Shown: positions 1 to 12,281 of the stretch, piece by piece
Layout: each line of letters starts with the position of its first letter
How positions within the stretch are numbered: position 1 is the first letter of the stretch
Source: Arsenophonus endosymbiont of Ceratovacuna japonica
GTDB lineage: Bacteria; Pseudomonadota; Gammaproteobacteria; Enterobacterales; Enterobacteriaceae
Direction of reading: 5' to 3'
DNA: 64,000 nucleotides
NCBI GenBank assembly: GCA_024349725.1
Contig: AP026064.1
Coordinates: 144,592 to 208,591 of the forward strand
Position numbers and translations under genes: made by a program
The notes under the pieces: generated by a model
Seen by the model: only the letters and a program-made list of their open reading frames with translations
Told to the model about the DNA's origin: nothing
Database searches by the model: none

Positions 1-585
1 ATTTGAAAATAAATCTGAATGAATCAGTGTTATTTTATCTATTAATCCATGAGAATTAATATTTTGTTCAGCTACTATTAATGCATCAATAGAAATATCA
101 ACTGCATCAATTTTTGCATTTGGGAATTCATAACTACAAGAAATAGCAATACATCCACTACCAGTGCACATATCTAAAATATTTTCTGGTTCATAATTAA
201 TAATATCAGTAAAATGTTGATTAATTAATTCACTTATTGGTGAGCGAGGTATAAAAACACGTTGATCAACATAAAATTTATGTCCACAGAACCAAGATGT
301 ATTTGTTAAATAAGCAACTGGAATATGTTTATTTACTCTAAGTAATGCATATTTAACAATTTTACGACGTTCAATCAATGTTAAACGAGAAATCCACAAT
401 TTCTCAGGAGTATCTAATGGTAAAAAAAGTGATAATAAAACAAGCTGTAAAGCTTCATCTAAAAAATTATTAGTTCCATGACCATAATAAATATTTGCTT
501 CATTAAATCTACTAATTACCCAGCGTAACATATCTTGTATAGTATATAATTCTGTAGCGATTTCATCAATCAAAATATCATTCAA
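1..585 (-). CDS. prmB: Ribosomal protein L3 glutamine methyltransferase PrmB (N-terminal ~195 codons; 3' end lies beyond the window start)
   Basis: Not in the ORF track because it runs off the edge. My reverse-strand translation gives (M)[48 protein letters not shown]...[15 protein letters not shown]...DAVDIS. This is colinear with E. coli PrmB ([22 protein letters not shown]...). There is no in-frame ATG; a TTG at 583-585 sits at the homologous start position. Confidence 0.8.
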   Translation of the reverse strand, partial: MNDILIDEIATELYTIQDMLRWVISRFNEANIYYGHGTNNFLDEALQLVLLSLFLPLDTPEKLWISRLTLIERRKIVKYALLRVNKHIPVAYLTNTSWFCGHKFYVDQRVFIPRSPISELINQHFTDIINYEPENILDMCTGSGCIAISCSYEFPNAKIDAVDISIDALIVAEQNINSHGLIDKITLIHSDLFSN

Positions 586-663
586 GATATTACCACCAAA
601 TTGTATTTAATTAATATTAAATATATTTTAATATTAATTATAATTATAAATAAATAAATTTTA

Positions 664-737
664 TGTGTCCGAGTGGATTTGAACCACTTACCATCACCAC
701 GTCAAGGTGATACTCTAACCAATTGAGCTACGGACAC
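664..737 (-). tRNA. tRNA-Val (anticodon GAC)
   Basis: The reverse strand reads GTGTCCGTAGCTCAATTGGTTAGAGTATCACCTTGACGTGGTGATGGTAAGTGGTTCAAATCCACTCGGACACA. It has a 7-bp acceptor stem, anticodon loop TTGACGT and T-loop GGTTCAAATCC, closely resembling E. coli tRNA-Val(GAC). The 3' CCA is not encoded (TAA follows). Confidence 0.9.
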
Positions 738-914
738 AATAAATTATTTAATAATATTTAAATAATAAATAATTATTACTATTTTTTATCTTAACAAAAT
801 AATTTTAAAATAAATAAAATACAAAATTAAAATTTTAGTTAAATATTAAATATATAATATATATAAAATATTGTAATTATATCATATTAGTAATATTTAT
901 AAAATAATAAAAAA

Positions 915-2162
915 TTATTTCTTACTTAAAATTTGTACTGGATCTATTTTAATTGCCCTTTTAGCAGGATACCAACTAGATAACAAACTTAAAATCAATG
1001 TTGTTAATATAATATAAAATATATCAGTAAAATATATTTTAGATGGTAAAAAATTAATAAAGTAAATTTTATCATATAAAATAGAATGACCAATTATATT
1101 TCCTATGTATTTAATAATAATTGTTAAATTTAATGATATAAAAATTCCTATTAATATACCAATGAAATAACCAATTATTCCAGTTAGTAATCCATACCAC
1201 ATAAAAATAATATGAATAAAACTATCTTTAGCACCAAGAGTTTTTAATATTGCAATATCAATTTTTTTATCTTTTATTGTTAATATTAGTGTAGATATAA
1301 TATTAAAACAAGCAATACTAATGACTAATATCATAGTAATATACATTATACTTCGTATTGTTTGAATATCATGATATATATAACCATAATCTTCTATCCA
1401 ACTTTTAATTATAACATTATGTCCTATATTTATTTTTGCATTATAAAGTATATCATTAACATTAAAAATATCTTTTGCTTTAATATTAAACCCAGTAATA
1501 CCATTATTGTAGGACAAATATTGTTGTGCGTCTTGTAATGGTATAATTGCTAAATTATAATCTAATATATTATTAAGTTTAAGGACTTCAATTATTGTAA
1601 CATTAATTTTATTTAATTGATAATTATGTAATTTATTACTATAATTAGCAACTATTATTGTAATATTATTTCCAGGTGAAACTTTTAATATTTTTGCAAT
1701 ACCTTGACCTAAAATAATTTCATTATTTCCTGGTTTTAGTTTTTTATATGCATTATATAAAATAGAATTAAATAATAAATTTACTGTATTTTCTGATGGC
1801 AAATCAATTCCTACTATTTGAATCTCTTTTAATATATTATTTTTTTCAATTAATCCTACAAAATTAATATATGGTGATACAGCAACTATATCTGATATGT
1901 TTTTAATTTTTTTTAAATCAATTTTCCAATTAAAATAAGGTTGATTAATTGATATAATTTGACCATGTGGGACAACTGAAAGTATACTATTTTTTAATTC
2001 GTATTTAAAACCATTCATAACACTTAAACTAATAATTAATACAGATACACCTAAAGCAATACTAAATATAGATATAGTTGATATTAATGAAACAAAATTA
2101 GTTTTTTTTTTGCTTTTATTAAAATTAATTGCAATTTTTAAAGAATATGGTAATTTTATCAT
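915..2162 (-). CDS. lolE: Lipoprotein-release ABC transporter permease LolE
   Basis: ORF track (415 aa). Colinear with E. coli LolE (..VSLIS.IS..GIALGV.VLI..LS.MNGF..EL.N.IL.VVPHG.I). It is the last gene of the conserved lolC-lolD-lolE order. Confidence 0.9.
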   Translation of the reverse strand: MIKLPYSLKIAINFNKSKKKTNFVSLISTISIFSIALGVSVLIISLSVMNGFKYELKNSILSVVPHGQIISINQPYFNWKIDLKKIKNISDIVAVSPYINFVGLIEKNNILKEIQIVGIDLPSENTVNLLFNSILYNAYKKLKPGNNEIILGQGIAKILKVSPGNNITIIVANYSNKLHNYQLNKINVTIIEVLKLNNILDYNLAIIPLQDAQQYLSYNNGITGFNIKAKDIFNVNDILYNAKINIGHNVIIKSWIEDYGYIYHDIQTIRSIMYITMILVISIACFNIISTLILTIKDKKIDIAILKTLGAKDSFIHIIFMWYGLLTGIIGYFIGILIGIFISLNLTIIIKYIGNIIGHSILYDKIYFINFLPSKIYFTDIFYIILTTLILSLLSSWYPAKRAIKIDPVQILSKK

Positions 2163-2173
2163 AATTATTATAT

Positions 2174-2869
2174 TTATGTTAGAATAGTATTATCATATAA
2201 ATAACCATTTTTTATTGTTAATTTTCGTGTAAAATAATTAGAAAGTTGTAAATCATGAGTAACTATTAATAATGATGTTTTTTTTTGTTTATTAATATTC
2301 ATTAATAAATTAAAAATAATTTCTGCATTATATAAATCTAAATTTCCTGTTGGTTCATCTGCTAATATTAAAGAAGGTTCATTAACTATTGCACGAGCAA
2401 TGGCAACTCGTTGACGCTCACCACCAGATAATTCAGATGGACGATAATTAATTTTATGCAATAATTTTACTGTATTTAAAATTTTAGTAGCTTTATACTT
2501 AGCTTTCACCATAGTCATTAAACCAATTAGTAAAGGCATCATTACATTTTCTAATACTGTAAAATCGGATAATAAATGATGAAATTGATAAATAAATCCA
2601 AATTCTTTATTACGCAATTCTGCTTTATCATTAGCAGATAATAAATTAATTTTTTTACCATTAAAAATAACATTTCCACTAGTTGATGTATCTAATCCAC
2701 CTAATAAATGTAGTAGTGTACTTTTACCAGAACCAGAATTACCTAAAATTACTATTTTTTCCCCTTTATTTATAGAAAAAGTTATATTTTTCAATACATT
2801 AGTTATAATTTTTCCATGTTTATAATATTTACATAAGTTTTGGCAAATTAATAAAGTAGAATTATTCAT
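2174..2869 (-). CDS. lolD: Lipoprotein-release ABC transporter ATPase LolD
   Basis: ORF track (231 aa). Walker [10 protein letters not shown], signature [14 protein letters not shown], Walker [13 protein letters not shown]. The N-terminus [16 protein letters not shown] matches E. coli LolD MNKILLQCDNLCKRY. It overlaps the lolC stop by 8 nt. Confidence 0.95.
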   Translation of the reverse strand: MNNSTLLICQNLCKYYKHGKIITNVLKNITFSINKGEKIVILGNSGSGKSTLLHLLGGLDTSTSGNVIFNGKKINLLSANDKAELRNKEFGFIYQFHHLLSDFTVLENVMMPLLIGLMTMVKAKYKATKILNTVKLLHKINYRPSELSGGERQRVAIARAIVNEPSLILADEPTGNLDLYNAEIIFNLLMNINKQKKTSLLIVTHDLQLSNYFTRKLTIKNGYLYDNTILT

Positions 2870-4064
2870 ATCGTAAAGCCTCTACAGGTTGAATATTAGC
2901 TGCACACCAAGAAGGGTAAATAGTTGCTAAAAATGATATAAATATTGATAATAAAGAAATTAATATAATATTAATAGGATTAATTATAATTGGTAATTCA
3001 ATATTTTTGGTTAACATATTTAATGCAAACATAATTAAATTAATTTTATTTGTAATAAGTAACCCGAATAATATACCAATAATAGTACCAATAATTCCAT
3101 ATAATACACCATGTAACATAAAAATAGCCATAATTTGACTACGTTTTAAACCTAAAGTATTTAAGATAGCTATTTCTGGCTGTTTTTCCATAATTAATAA
3201 TGAAAGTGAAGTAACAATATTAAATGTCGCTACAATTATAACAAGGCTTAATAATAATATCATTATATTTTTTTCCATTTTTACTGATTGAAAAAATTCA
3301 CCTTTTTGTTCTCTCCAATCATGCCACACCATACCTGTAAATATTTTTTTTTTACTTAAACTATCAACAGTTAAAGGTGAATTAAGATATAATCGCCAAC
3401 CTGTAATATTTCCAATTGGATAATTCATTAATTTAGAAGCATCTTGTTCATTAATTAATAATTCACTATTATCAGCTTCACTTTTACTAATAAAAAATCC
3501 AACTACTTTAACTAAACGCTGACTAGGTATTCTACCAATAGGTGTAAGTTGACTTACAGAAGGTATTATTAACCTTAATTGATCACCTAATTTAACTTTA
3601 AGTTGTTCTGATAATTTTTTTCCTAAAATAATATTATAACTATTTTCAGTTAAAATGTCAGAATTAACATATTGTAAATGATTTAGTAAAGGTTCATTTG
3701 ATGTTTTATTAATACCAATCATAACTGCAATACCAATATTCTGTTTATTTTGAAGTACAACATCACTTTTTATAATTGGAGTAATATGATTAATTTCATA
3801 TAAGCAAATTATATTTTTTATTGGATATTTATTAGGATTAAAATTACCTTGAGGCGTAGTTAAAATAATATGTGGAATATATTCTAAAATATTATGTTCT
3901 AATAAAATCTCAAAACTATTCATAATATTAGTAATAGTAATTAATGATATAACTCCTAATGAAATTCCAATTATAGATAAACTAGATACAAATTTATCAA
4001 ATCTATCCCCAGTACGTCCAAATATATAACGCATATTAATATAGAATATAATATAATAAAACAT
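2862..4064 (-). CDS. lolC: Lipoprotein-release ABC transporter permease LolC
   Basis: ORF track (400 aa). [38 protein letters not shown] is colinear with E. coli LolC [38 protein letters not shown]. Confidence 0.9.
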   Translation of the reverse strand: MFYYIIFYINMRYIFGRTGDRFDKFVSSLSIIGISLGVISLITITNIMNSFEILLEHNILEYIPHIILTTPQGNFNPNKYPIKNIICLYEINHITPIIKSDVVLQNKQNIGIAVMIGINKTSNEPLLNHLQYVNSDILTENSYNIILGKKLSEQLKVKLGDQLRLIIPSVSQLTPIGRIPSQRLVKVVGFFISKSEADNSELLINEQDASKLMNYPIGNITGWRLYLNSPLTVDSLSKKKIFTGMVWHDWREQKGEFFQSVKMEKNIMILLLSLVIIVATFNIVTSLSLLIMEKQPEIAILNTLGLKRSQIMAIFMLHGVLYGIIGTIIGILFGLLITNKINLIMFALNMLTKNIELPIIINPINIILISLLSIFISFLATIYPSWCAANIQPVEALRYE

Positions 4065-4301
4065 AAAATATAATATACCTCTATTATAAAAATAAAATTT
4101 TTAAAATAAAATAATTTTATTATTAAATAAAATTATTTTAAAATTATCATTTTATATTTAATATAATTAATTATATTATTTTACTTTATAAGTATACTAT
4201 ATTGTATATTACTAATGATAAATTATTTTTTTAGCAAAATTATAATTATAAATTATATTTTATTTATATATAAATTATTTAATTTAATTTTAATTATATA
4301 A

Positions 4302-4342
4302 ATTTTTATTAAATATAATTATTTATTATATTTAATAAAAAT
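4302..4342. repeat. Perfect A/T hairpin, 18-bp stem and 5-nt loop
   Basis: 4302-4319 (ATTTTTATTAAATATAAT) is the reverse complement of 4325-4342; the loop TATTT is at 4320-4324. Confidence 0.9.
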
Positions 4343-4404
4343 AATTTTTTATTTAATATAAATTTTTAACGTTAAATTTTTATATTAATTTATTATGAAT
4401 AAAT

Positions 4405-4441
4405 ATAATTTAATAATTTATTAAATAAATTATTAAATTAT
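4405..4441. repeat. Perfect 37-bp A/T palindrome (18+1+18)
   Basis: Verified base by base: 4405-4422 is the reverse complement of 4424-4441. It lies in the spacer downstream of nlpD. Confidence 0.93.
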
Positions 4442-4873
4442 TAAATTATTAAATAAATTTTATTAAATCTTTTATAATATTTATAAATTTAATATAATTT
4501 AATAATTTTAATATAATTATAAATAAATAACTATAAATATAATTATTATTTTATAATATAAATGATGTATTTATTATTCATTATTTTTATAAAAACATAT
4601 ATTTATTTTTATATTATCATTGAATATAAAATATAATTATTATTATAATTAATATATTAAAAATAATAAATAAGATAAATATTATATAATAATAAATAAT
4701 TTAATTTTAATAATATTTATATAATAAAATTATAATTAATATTTAATATAAATATATTATTAAATATAGTATTTTAAAAAGTAGTTAAAATAATTTTATA
4801 TATATTTAATAATTTTAATTTAATAAAATTATTAATTTTTATTAATCTTAACTAATAAATAATTTGTATAGTT

Positions 4874-4914
4874 AACAATATAGATAAATTAAATATTAAT
4901 TTATCTATATTGTT
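4874..4914 (-). terminator. Stem-loop overlapping the nlpD stop codon (17-bp stem, 7-nt loop)
   Basis: AACAATATAGATAAATT (4874-4890) is the exact reverse complement of AATTTATCTATATTGTT (4898-4914). The right arm covers the last codons and stop of nlpD. There is no clear U-tract after it on the minus strand, so a terminator function is uncertain. Confidence 0.3.
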
Positions 4915-5974
4915 GTTCTGAAAGATAATATAAAGGATTTACTGGTTTCCCTTTATAACGAATTTCAAAATGTAATTTTACTGAATTTGTACCACTATTA
5001 CCCATAGTAGCAATCTTTTGTCCTGTTTGAACTTCCTGTTGATCATGAACTAATATAACATCATTATGAGCATAAGCGCTCAAATAATTATCATTATGTT
5101 TTATAATTATAAGATTTCCATATCCACGTAGTGCACTACCAGAATAAACTACTTTTCCTGCTATAGTGGCAAAAATAGATTGACCTCGTGATCCAGAAAT
5201 ATCAATACCTTTATTACCACCATGTATATCAGAGAAAGTTTCAATTATTTTTCCTTCAGTTGGCCAATGCCATTTATATGTAGAATTAATTAAATTATTA
5301 CTTTTGAAATGATTAGATGTTAATATTGCATGTGTAATATCAGGTATAAATACATTTGATATTTTTGATAATATATTTCTTAAATTTTTTTTATTAATGG
5401 AAAAAATATGTGTATTATTTGACTTATAGTTAATATCTGAATTATTTATATTTGATGCATAATTATTAACTATCATTTTTAAATTATTAGAATTATAATT
5501 AATATTAAGTATTTGTCCAATATTTAAATTATAATATTCTGTAATATTATTATCTCTAGCTAGATCACGATAATCTTTACCTATGATCCAAGCAATATAA
5601 AATAGTGTATCACCTTTTTTAACTGTATAAGTTTTATTATTATAACTTCCTTTTTGTATATGATCATAGTTTCTATTATAAATTATCTTATTGTTATTAT
5701 TTATTTTAGTATATAATTTATTTGATTTATATATAATTTTATTTGTATTAATATTTTTATTATTAATAATAATATTTTTGGGAGATGATGGTATTGATTT
5801 ATTAGTTACTACTTTATTTAAAATAAGATAATTATTAATAACATATTTATTATTATTAATTTTATTAATTAGTGTCGTTGGATGATATGGTGTAGAGCAT
5901 CCAAATAATATATTATATGTTATTGCATAAATGATTATAAATTTAATTATAAATTTTACACTATTAAAATTCAT
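4901..5974 (-). CDS. nlpD: Murein hydrolase activator lipoprotein NlpD (LysM + LytM/M23 domains)
   Basis: ORF track (357 aa). Lipobox ILFGC near the N-terminus, LysM segment YTVKKGDTLFYIAWIIGKDYRDLARDNNI, and a C-terminal M23 domain (GIDISG...GYGNLIIIKHNDNYLSAYAHN...MGNSGT...LHFEIRYKGKPVNP). The linker is long, N/K/I-rich and low-complexity. Confidence 0.9.
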   Translation of the reverse strand: MNFNSVKFIIKFIIIYAITYNILFGCSTPYHPTTLINKINNNKYVINNYLILNKVVTNKSIPSSPKNIIINNKNINTNKIIYKSNKLYTKINNNNKIIYNRNYDHIQKGSYNNKTYTVKKGDTLFYIAWIIGKDYRDLARDNNITEYYNLNIGQILNINYNSNNLKMIVNNYASNINNSDINYKSNNTHIFSINKKNLRNILSKISNVFIPDITHAILTSNHFKSNNLINSTYKWHWPTEGKIIETFSDIHGGNKGIDISGSRGQSIFATIAGKVVYSGSALRGYGNLIIIKHNDNYLSAYAHNDVILVHDQQEVQTGQKIATMGNSGTNSVKLHFEIRYKGKPVNPLYYLSEQQYR

Positions 5975-6002
5975 ATCTATTTTCCCATTAAGATAAATTT
6001 AA

Positions 6003-6038
6003 AATAAAAATAATTTAAAATTTTAAATTATTTTTATT
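6003..6038. repeat. Perfect 36-bp A/T palindrome (18+18)
   Basis: 6003-6020 (AATAAAAATAATTTAAAA) is the exact reverse complement of 6021-6038. It lies 29-64 nt upstream of the nlpD start. Confidence 0.95.
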
Positions 6039-6505
6039 AAAATACTACTTATTTTATAATAAATTTTAGGAATTAAAGATATAAATTATATTAAATTTAT
6101 TATTTTAATATAATTAATTATCATAATATTTAAATACTTTAATATTTATTTACTTATTAATAAGTAATATTATTATTATTATATTTATATTATTAAACGT
6201 ATAAAATAAAATTATATTAATATAAATATTATAAAAATTTTCATAAAAAATATTTAAAAGTATGTTCTATTAAATTATATATTTTTATATATTAAATATT
6301 ATAATATTATATATAATTTTAATAATAAATTATAATTATATTTTATTTATAAAATACTTAATTACAATATTAATAAAATAATGTATTAAATTAATTAATA
6401 TATTATTTAATTTAAATAATTAAAATTATAGTCCATAATTAAAAAATAATTGTTATATAGTATTTATTTTTTAAGTTATCTTTATAAATTAAGAGAATTA
6501 TTATT

Positions 6506-9500
6506 ATGAAAATTTTACGTGGATCACCAGCTTTATCTAAATTTTATATCACTAAATTTCTCTCTTTATTTAAAAATAAACAATTACCAATTACTAATAT
6601 TTATGCTGAATATATTTATTTAGTTAAAATTAAAACACCATTAAATAATGATGATAAAAAAAAACTTATTAAATTACTTAATTATAATTCTATTTTAAAT
6701 ACAAAAAATCCTAAAGGACAATTATTTATAGTTACTCCACGAGTAGGTACAATTTCATCTTGGTCTTCAAAAGCAATAAATATTATGCATAATTGTGGAT
6801 TACATAAGATTATACGACTTGAACGTGGAATTGCTTATTATATTACTTCTAATAAAGAATTAAAGATATCAGATTTAGATAATTTATCTATTATTTTATA
6901 TGATCGGATGATTGAAACTATTTGGACTTCTTTTAATCAAATAAAATCACTTTTTATAGATAAAAAACCAACTCCTATGGTTATAATAGAAATTCTTAAA
7001 AACGGTAGATATGAACTTGAATTAATAAATACTAAATTAGGATTGGCATTAACTACAGATGAAATTAATTACTTAATAAATGTATTTCAAAAATTAGGAC
7101 GCAATCCAACAGATGTTGAAATATGCATGTTTGCACAAACTAATTCAGAACATTGTAGACATAAAATATTTAATGCTAGTTGGGTTATTGATGGAAAATA
7201 TCAATCTAATTCTTTATTCGATATGATAAAAAATACTTATAAACATACACCAGATTATATTTTATCTGCTTATAAAGATAATGCTGCAGTAATGGAAGGT
7301 TTTAATATTGATCGTTTTTTTCCTAATCCAATAACTCATGTATATGAATATCATAATGAAAATGCTCATATTTTAATGAAAGTAGAAACACATAATCATC
7401 CTACCGCTATTTTTCCATTGTCAGGAGCAGCTACTGGTGCAGGTGGAGAGATACGAGATGAAGGATCTACTGGACGTGGCGCAAAACCTAAAGCTGGTTT
7501 AGTTGGATTTAGTGTATCTAATTTAAATATTCCAAACTTTAAACAACCTTGGGAACAAGATTTTTGTAAACCAAAACATATTGCAAGTGCACTAGATATA
7601 ATACTTAACGGTTCATTAGGTAGCTCAACTTTTAATAATGAATTTGGTCGTCCAATTTTATTAGGTTATTTTCGTACTTATGAAGAATTAATTCCTAGTT
7701 CTAATGGAGTAGAATTACGTGGTTATCATAAACCTATTATGTTAGTAGGTGGAATAGGCAATATTAGAACAGAACATATAAAAAAAAGCAATATTCCTAT
7801 TGGAGCTAAATTAATAGTATTAGGTGGTCCATCAATGAATATTGGATTAGGAGGAGGTACAGCTTCCTCAATGACTTCTGGAAAATCTAACATTAATCTA
7901 GATTTTTCTTCAGTTCAACGTGATAACCCTGAAATGAAACGTCGTTGTCAAGAGGTTATTGATTGTTGCTGGCAATTAGGAGATAATAATCCAATATTAT
8001 TTATTCATGATGTAGGCGCTGGTGGTTTATCTAATGCTATACCTGAATTGATAAATAATTCTAAAATAGGAGGTATATTTGAATTACGTAAAATATTAAA
8101 TGATGAACCAGGTATGAATCCTCGTGAAATTTGGTGCAATGAATCTCAAGAACGTTATGTGTTAGCTATTTTACCAGAACAACTTCCTATATTTCAATCT
8201 ATATGTCATAGAGAACGTACACCATATTCTGTTATTGGGGAAACAATAAAAAATAGAAATATTATTCTTAATGATAGTTATTTTGGTAACCAACCTATTT
8301 ATATGTCACTTAATAATTTATTAGGTGAAATACCTAAAAGAAAACTTCATGTTAATTCCAAATTTACTATCATTAATCCAATTAATAAAGAAAAAATAAT
8401 ATTAACAGAAGCAATTAAACGTGTATTACATTTACCAGCTGTGGCAGAAAAAACTTTTTTAATTACAATTGGTGATCGTAGTGTTACTGGAATGGTTTCT
8501 AGAGATCAAATGATTGGTCCTTGGCAAATTCCAGTTGCTGATTGTGCAGTTACTATAGCTAGTTTAAATAGTTATTATGGAGAAGCGATATCTATAGGTG
8601 AACGATCTCCAATAGCGTTATTAAATTATGCAGCATCTAGCCGCATGGCAGTTGGTGAAGCATTAACTAATATTTCTTCTGCTTATATACAAAATTTAAA
8701 ACGAATAAAATTATCTGCTAATTGGATGGTAGCATCTGGACATCCTGGTGAGGATGTTGGTTTATATCAAGCAGTAAAAGCAATTGGTGAAGAATTGTGT
8801 CCTGAACTAGGTTTGACTATTCCCGTTGGTAAAGATTCTATGTCAATGAAAACTACTTGGTGTAAAAATAAACAAGTTTATGAAATGATATCACCACTTT
8901 CTGTTATTATTACAGCTTTCTCACGAGTTGAAGATGTTCGTTTAACTATAACTCCTGAACTAAAAAGTAATCAAGATAATGTATTATTATTAATTGATCT
9001 TGGGAAAAATTATAATTCATTAGGTGGTTCAGCTCTTGCACAAGTATATAATCAATTAGGTGATAAAACACCTGATGTACGTGATTCTAAATTATTAATT
9101 AGGTTTTTTAATGTAATTCAAATATTAATAAAAGAACAAAAATTATTAGCATATCATGATCGTTCAGATGGTGGTTTATTTGTTACATTATTAGAAATGG
9201 CATTTTCTGGTCATTGTGGTTTAAATATTGATATTAGTTATCATAATAATGATATACTTTCAGCTTTATTTAGTGAAGAATTAGGTGCAGTTATTCAAAT
9301 TAAGAAAGAATATCAAGAAATAGTAAATTATTACTTATCAAATTATGGGTTAACTAAATATGTTCACTATATAGGGAAAGCAATTAATGAAGATATTATT
9401 ATTATAAATAGTTATGGTAAAAAAATTTATAACGAAAAACGTAGTAAATTACGCTTATGGTGGGCTGAAACTAGTTGGCAAATACAACGTTTACGTAATA

Positions 9501-10396
9501 ATCCAATATGCGCTGATCAAGAACATAAATCTAAACAAGATCTTACAGATCCTGGATTAAATGTAGTATTAAATTTTAATTCTATAAATAATATTAATAC
9601 ACCATATATTATGACTAATTATATGCCTAAAGTAGCTATTTTACGTGAACAAGGAGTTAATTCTCATGTTGAATTAGCAGCAGCTTTTAAACATGCTGGT
9701 TTTATTGCTATTGATGTACATATGAGTGATTTATTAACAAATAATGTAACATTAGCTGATTTTCAATTATTAGTTGCTTGTGGTGGTTTTTCTTATGGGG
9801 ATGTATTAGGTGCTGGAGAAGGTTGGGCAAAATCAATATTATTTAATACATATATGTATGATGAATTTGCTAATTTTTTTAATCGATCTGATACTTTATC
9901 TTTAGGTATATGTAATGGTTGTCAAATGATGTCTAATCTAAATCAAATCATTCCAGGCGCTAAATATTGGCCTAAATTTATACGAAATCGTTCAAAATGT
10001 TTTGAAGCACGATTTAGTTTAGTAAAAATAATGAAAAGTCCTTCTTTATTATTACAAGATATGGATGGAAGCCAATTACCAATAGTGGTTTCTCATAGTG
10101 AAGGACAAATTAAGATGCGTAATACTACACATCTTAAATTATTAGAAAAAAATAATTTAGTTGTATTATGTTTTGTTGATAATTATGGTCATATTACTCA
10201 GGAATATCCTGCTAATCCTAATGGTTCTATTAATGGAATTACTGCTGTAACAAGCTTAGATGGACGATCTACTATAATGATGCCACATCCAGAAAGAGTA
10301 TTTCGTACAATAACTAATTCATGGCATCCTTCAGAATGGGGAGAATATAGTCCATGGATGAATATTTTTCATAATGCACGAAAGCAATTAAATTAA
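6506..10396 (+). CDS. purL: Phosphoribosylformylglycinamidine synthase (large single-chain PurL)
   Basis: ORF track (1296 aa). Colinear end to end with E. coli PurL: [35 protein letters not shown], the glutaminase motif [10 protein letters not shown], and PHPERVFR. Confidence 0.97.
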   Translation: MKILRGSPALSKFYITKFLSLFKNKQLPITNIYAEYIYLVKIKTPLNNDDKKKLIKLLNYNSILNTKNPKGQLFIVTPRVGTISSWSSKAINIMHNCGLHKIIRLERGIAYYITSNKELKISDLDNLSIILYDRMIETIWTSFNQIKSLFIDKKPTPMVIIEILKNGRYELELINTKLGLALTTDEINYLINVFQKLGRNPTDVEICMFAQTNSEHCRHKIFNASWVIDGKYQSNSLFDMIKNTYKHTPDYILSAYKDNAAVMEGFNIDRFFPNPITHVYEYHNENAHILMKVETHNHPTAIFPLSGAATGAGGEIRDEGSTGRGAKPKAGLVGFSVSNLNIPNFKQPWEQDFCKPKHIASALDIILNGSLGSSTFNNEFGRPILLGYFRTYEELIPSSNGVELRGYHKPIMLVGGIGNIRTEHIKKSNIPIGAKLIVLGGPSMNIGLGGGTASSMTSGKSNINLDFSSVQRDNPEMKRRCQEVIDCCWQLGDNNPILFIHDVGAGGLSNAIPELINNSKIGGIFELRKILNDEPGMNPREIWCNESQERYVLAILPEQLPIFQSICHRERTPYSVIGETIKNRNIILNDSYFGNQPIYMSLNNLLGEIPKRKLHVNSKFTIINPINKEKIILTEAIKRVLHLPAVAEKTFLITIGDRSVTGMVSRDQMIGPWQIPVADCAVTIASLNSYYGEAISIGERSPIALLNYAASSRMAVGEALTNISSAYIQNLKRIKLSANWMVASGHPGEDVGLYQAVKAIGEELCPELGLTIPVGKDSMSMKTTWCKNKQVYEMISPLSVIITAFSRVEDVRLTITPELKSNQDNVLLLIDLGKNYNSLGGSALAQVYNQLGDKTPDVRDSKLLIRFFNVIQILIKEQKLLAYHDRSDGGLFVTLLEMAFSGHCGLNIDISYHNNDILSALFSEELGAVIQIKKEYQEIVNYYLSNYGLTKYVHYIGKAINEDIIIINSYGKKIYNEKRSKLRLWWAETSWQIQRLRNNPICADQEHKSKQDLTDPGLNVVLNFNSINNINTPYIMTNYMPKVAILREQGVNSHVELAAAFKHAGFIAIDVHMSDLLTNNVTLADFQLLVACGGFSYGDVLGAGEGWAKSILFNTYMYDEFANFFNRSDTLSLGICNGCQMMSNLNQIIPGAKYWPKFIRNRSKCFEARFSLVKIMKSPSLLLQDMDGSQLPIVVSHSEGQIKMRNTTHLKLLEKNNLVVLCFVDNYGHITQEYPANPNGSINGITAVTSLDGRSTIMMPHPERVFRTITNSWHPSEWGEYSPWMNIFHNARKQLN

Positions 10397-10877
10397 AATA
10401 ATATTAATATTATTATTTATTTTATATCTCCATAATTATTAAATTCTTTAAAAATTATAAAATTAAATTTTATCAATAAATTATAAATATATAAATTTGT
10501 AAATAAAAATATTAAAATACAAAATATAAACAAGTTTAAATAACAAAAATTATATATTAATAATTATAATTTTAAATTATATATTAAAATATTTTAATTA
10601 ATATTAATTATTTAATTATTTTTTAGTTAAAATCATATAATTTATAATAAATTAAATTTTAATATAATATAATATAATTATTATATTTATTAATAAATTA
10701 TTGAATGAATATAATTTTATATTAAAAAATAATATTTTATTTATATTAATATTTATATTAATTAAGATGTTTATATAATTGTTAATAATATTAAATTTAA
10801 TAAATTTAAAATTAATATTAATAAAAATTATTTTTATTTATAAGAAATTAATTCTAACCAACAAGAACTAATATTAC

Positions 10878-12281
10878 TTATATAAAATATGATGAATCCA
10901 ATATTTTTTCTATTTTAAATAAGCTTTTATGTAATATTTTCACTAAATGTGATGTTTGAGTTGTTCGTAAAATAGCTATTATACTTATTTTTTCTTCAGA
11001 ATGCCAAATAAATTCAACTGGTTGATTTTTTAATTGTTTATGAAAATAATAATTATTTAATGGATTTTTACCTATTCCAGCTCCAATAAGCGCTATAAAA
11101 GAAAAATGATAATATAATGATAAATTTTTTATTATAGTGACATTTTGTAATATAGATATAGCATTAACTGCTACTTCTGATGTATAATATAATTTAATTG
11201 TTTTTTTATTTAAATTTAAATTAACGACTAATGGTTGTAATTGTGTTTGTTTTAAAAATAAATTAATAAATTTATAAGTTTGGTTAAAATTTTGTTTTTT
11301 AGTCAAAGTTAATTCAATTAAACATATATCATCATGGCTAGTAATAATTTTAACACCTGTACCTAATGATAAAATATGTGCTATTTTAGTAGAGCCATAT
11401 TCAGGTTTATAGTAACATCTAAGTTGTATATTAATATTAGTTACAGAAATTGGTTGTAATGTACGAGCATGTAATATAGGTGTATTTAAACGTGCTAATT
11501 CAATAGCTTCATCAAAACGTAATAATGGTAATAAATAAGCATTTTTAACTTTACTAGGATCAGCACTGTATATACCAGCAACATCACTCCAAATTGTAAT
11601 TTTATTAACTTCAGCTAAAACTCCTACTTGAGTTGCTGAATAATCACTACCATTTCGTCCTAATAATATTGTTTTACCTTGTCTGTTTTGTGCAATAAAA
11701 CCAGTAACTACCAATATTTTATTTGGGTATCTTTTTAAAAGTTTATGTAATAATGGTCGTGATATAATTTCATTTATTTTAGGTTGAGCAGCAAATTCTG
11801 CTCGTAAAAAAAGTCTAGCATCTAACCAATGACTAGGTAAATTATATTCTTCTAATACTGCTGACATTAAACGTGCGGACCAAATTTCTCCATGACCAAC
11901 AACTTCTGCATAAATATCATTATTAATTGATTTATGTATTAATGTTTTTAATTTATCAATATCAGATAAAAAAGCTAATTTTACTATTTGTCTTTTTTTA
12001 TTAGATAATAATCCAATAATAAGATTTATTTGATAACTTAAGATTGATTTATATTCTTGATAAGCTAAAATATGATTAGTTTGACTTAATTTTAACCAAT
12101 TAATTAATTGATTAGTTGTGTTTCCTGATGCAGATACTACTATTAAATCTCCTGGTTTGCTATAATTTGTAATAATATTAATTACTCTCTGATAACATTC
12201 TATATTAGCCAAACTACTACCACCAAATTTATGTAATTGATGACAGTGAAACTTTGTTTCTCTCTTTATCATTTTATTCAT
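10878..12281 (-). CDS. metL: Aspartokinase derived from bifunctional MetL (the homoserine dehydrogenase half is missing)
   Basis: The ORF track gives 10878..12305 with a GTG start. An ATG at 12281 gives MNKMIKRETKFHCHQLHKFGGSSLANIECYQRV..TTNQLINWLKLSQ. This matches E. coli MetL (..GRQLHKFGGSSLADVKCYLRV..TTNQLINWLKLSQ) through ..ILRTTQTSHLVKILHKSLFKIEK. The ORF then stops where the MetL dehydrogenase domain (GLVLFGKGNIG...) would begin. Confidence 0.85.
   Translation of the reverse strand: MNKMIKRETKFHCHQLHKFGGSSLANIECYQRVINIITNYSKPGDLIVVSASGNTTNQLINWLKLSQTNHILAYQEYKSILSYQINLIIGLLSNKKRQIVKLAFLSDIDKLKTLIHKSINNDIYAEVVGHGEIWSARLMSAVLEEYNLPSHWLDARLFLRAEFAAQPKINEIISRPLLHKLLKRYPNKILVVTGFIAQNRQGKTILLGRNGSDYSATQVGVLAEVNKITIWSDVAGIYSADPSKVKNAYLLPLLRFDEAIELARLNTPILHARTLQPISVTNINIQLRCYYKPEYGSTKIAHILSLGTGVKIITSHDDICLIELTLTKKQNFNQTYKFINLFLKQTQLQPLVVNLNLNKKTIKLYYTSEVAVNAISILQNVTIIKNLSLYYHFSFIALIGAGIGKNPLNNYYFHKQLKNQPVEFIWHSEEKISIIAILRTTQTSHLVKILHKSLFKIEKILDSSYFI

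Noticed and set aside
608-640. 14-bp-stem A/T hairpin (TAATTAATATTAAA-TATAT-TTTAATATTAATTA) between tRNA-Val and prmB, considered as a terminator
   Set aside because: The stem is all A-T, no U-tract follows on the transcribed strand, and the length is within what chance produces in two-letter sequence once variable loops are allowed.
4405-4460. Short tandem A/T motifs (for example ATTAAATT-type repeats at 4425-4455 and TATAATT x5 at 33677-33711), considered as possible CRISPR-like or iteron arrays
   Set aside because: The units are 7-9 bp and directly abutting, with no unique spacers, no regular repeat-spacer architecture of about 28-37 bp, and no cas genes. This is ordinary microsatellite slippage in low-complexity DNA.
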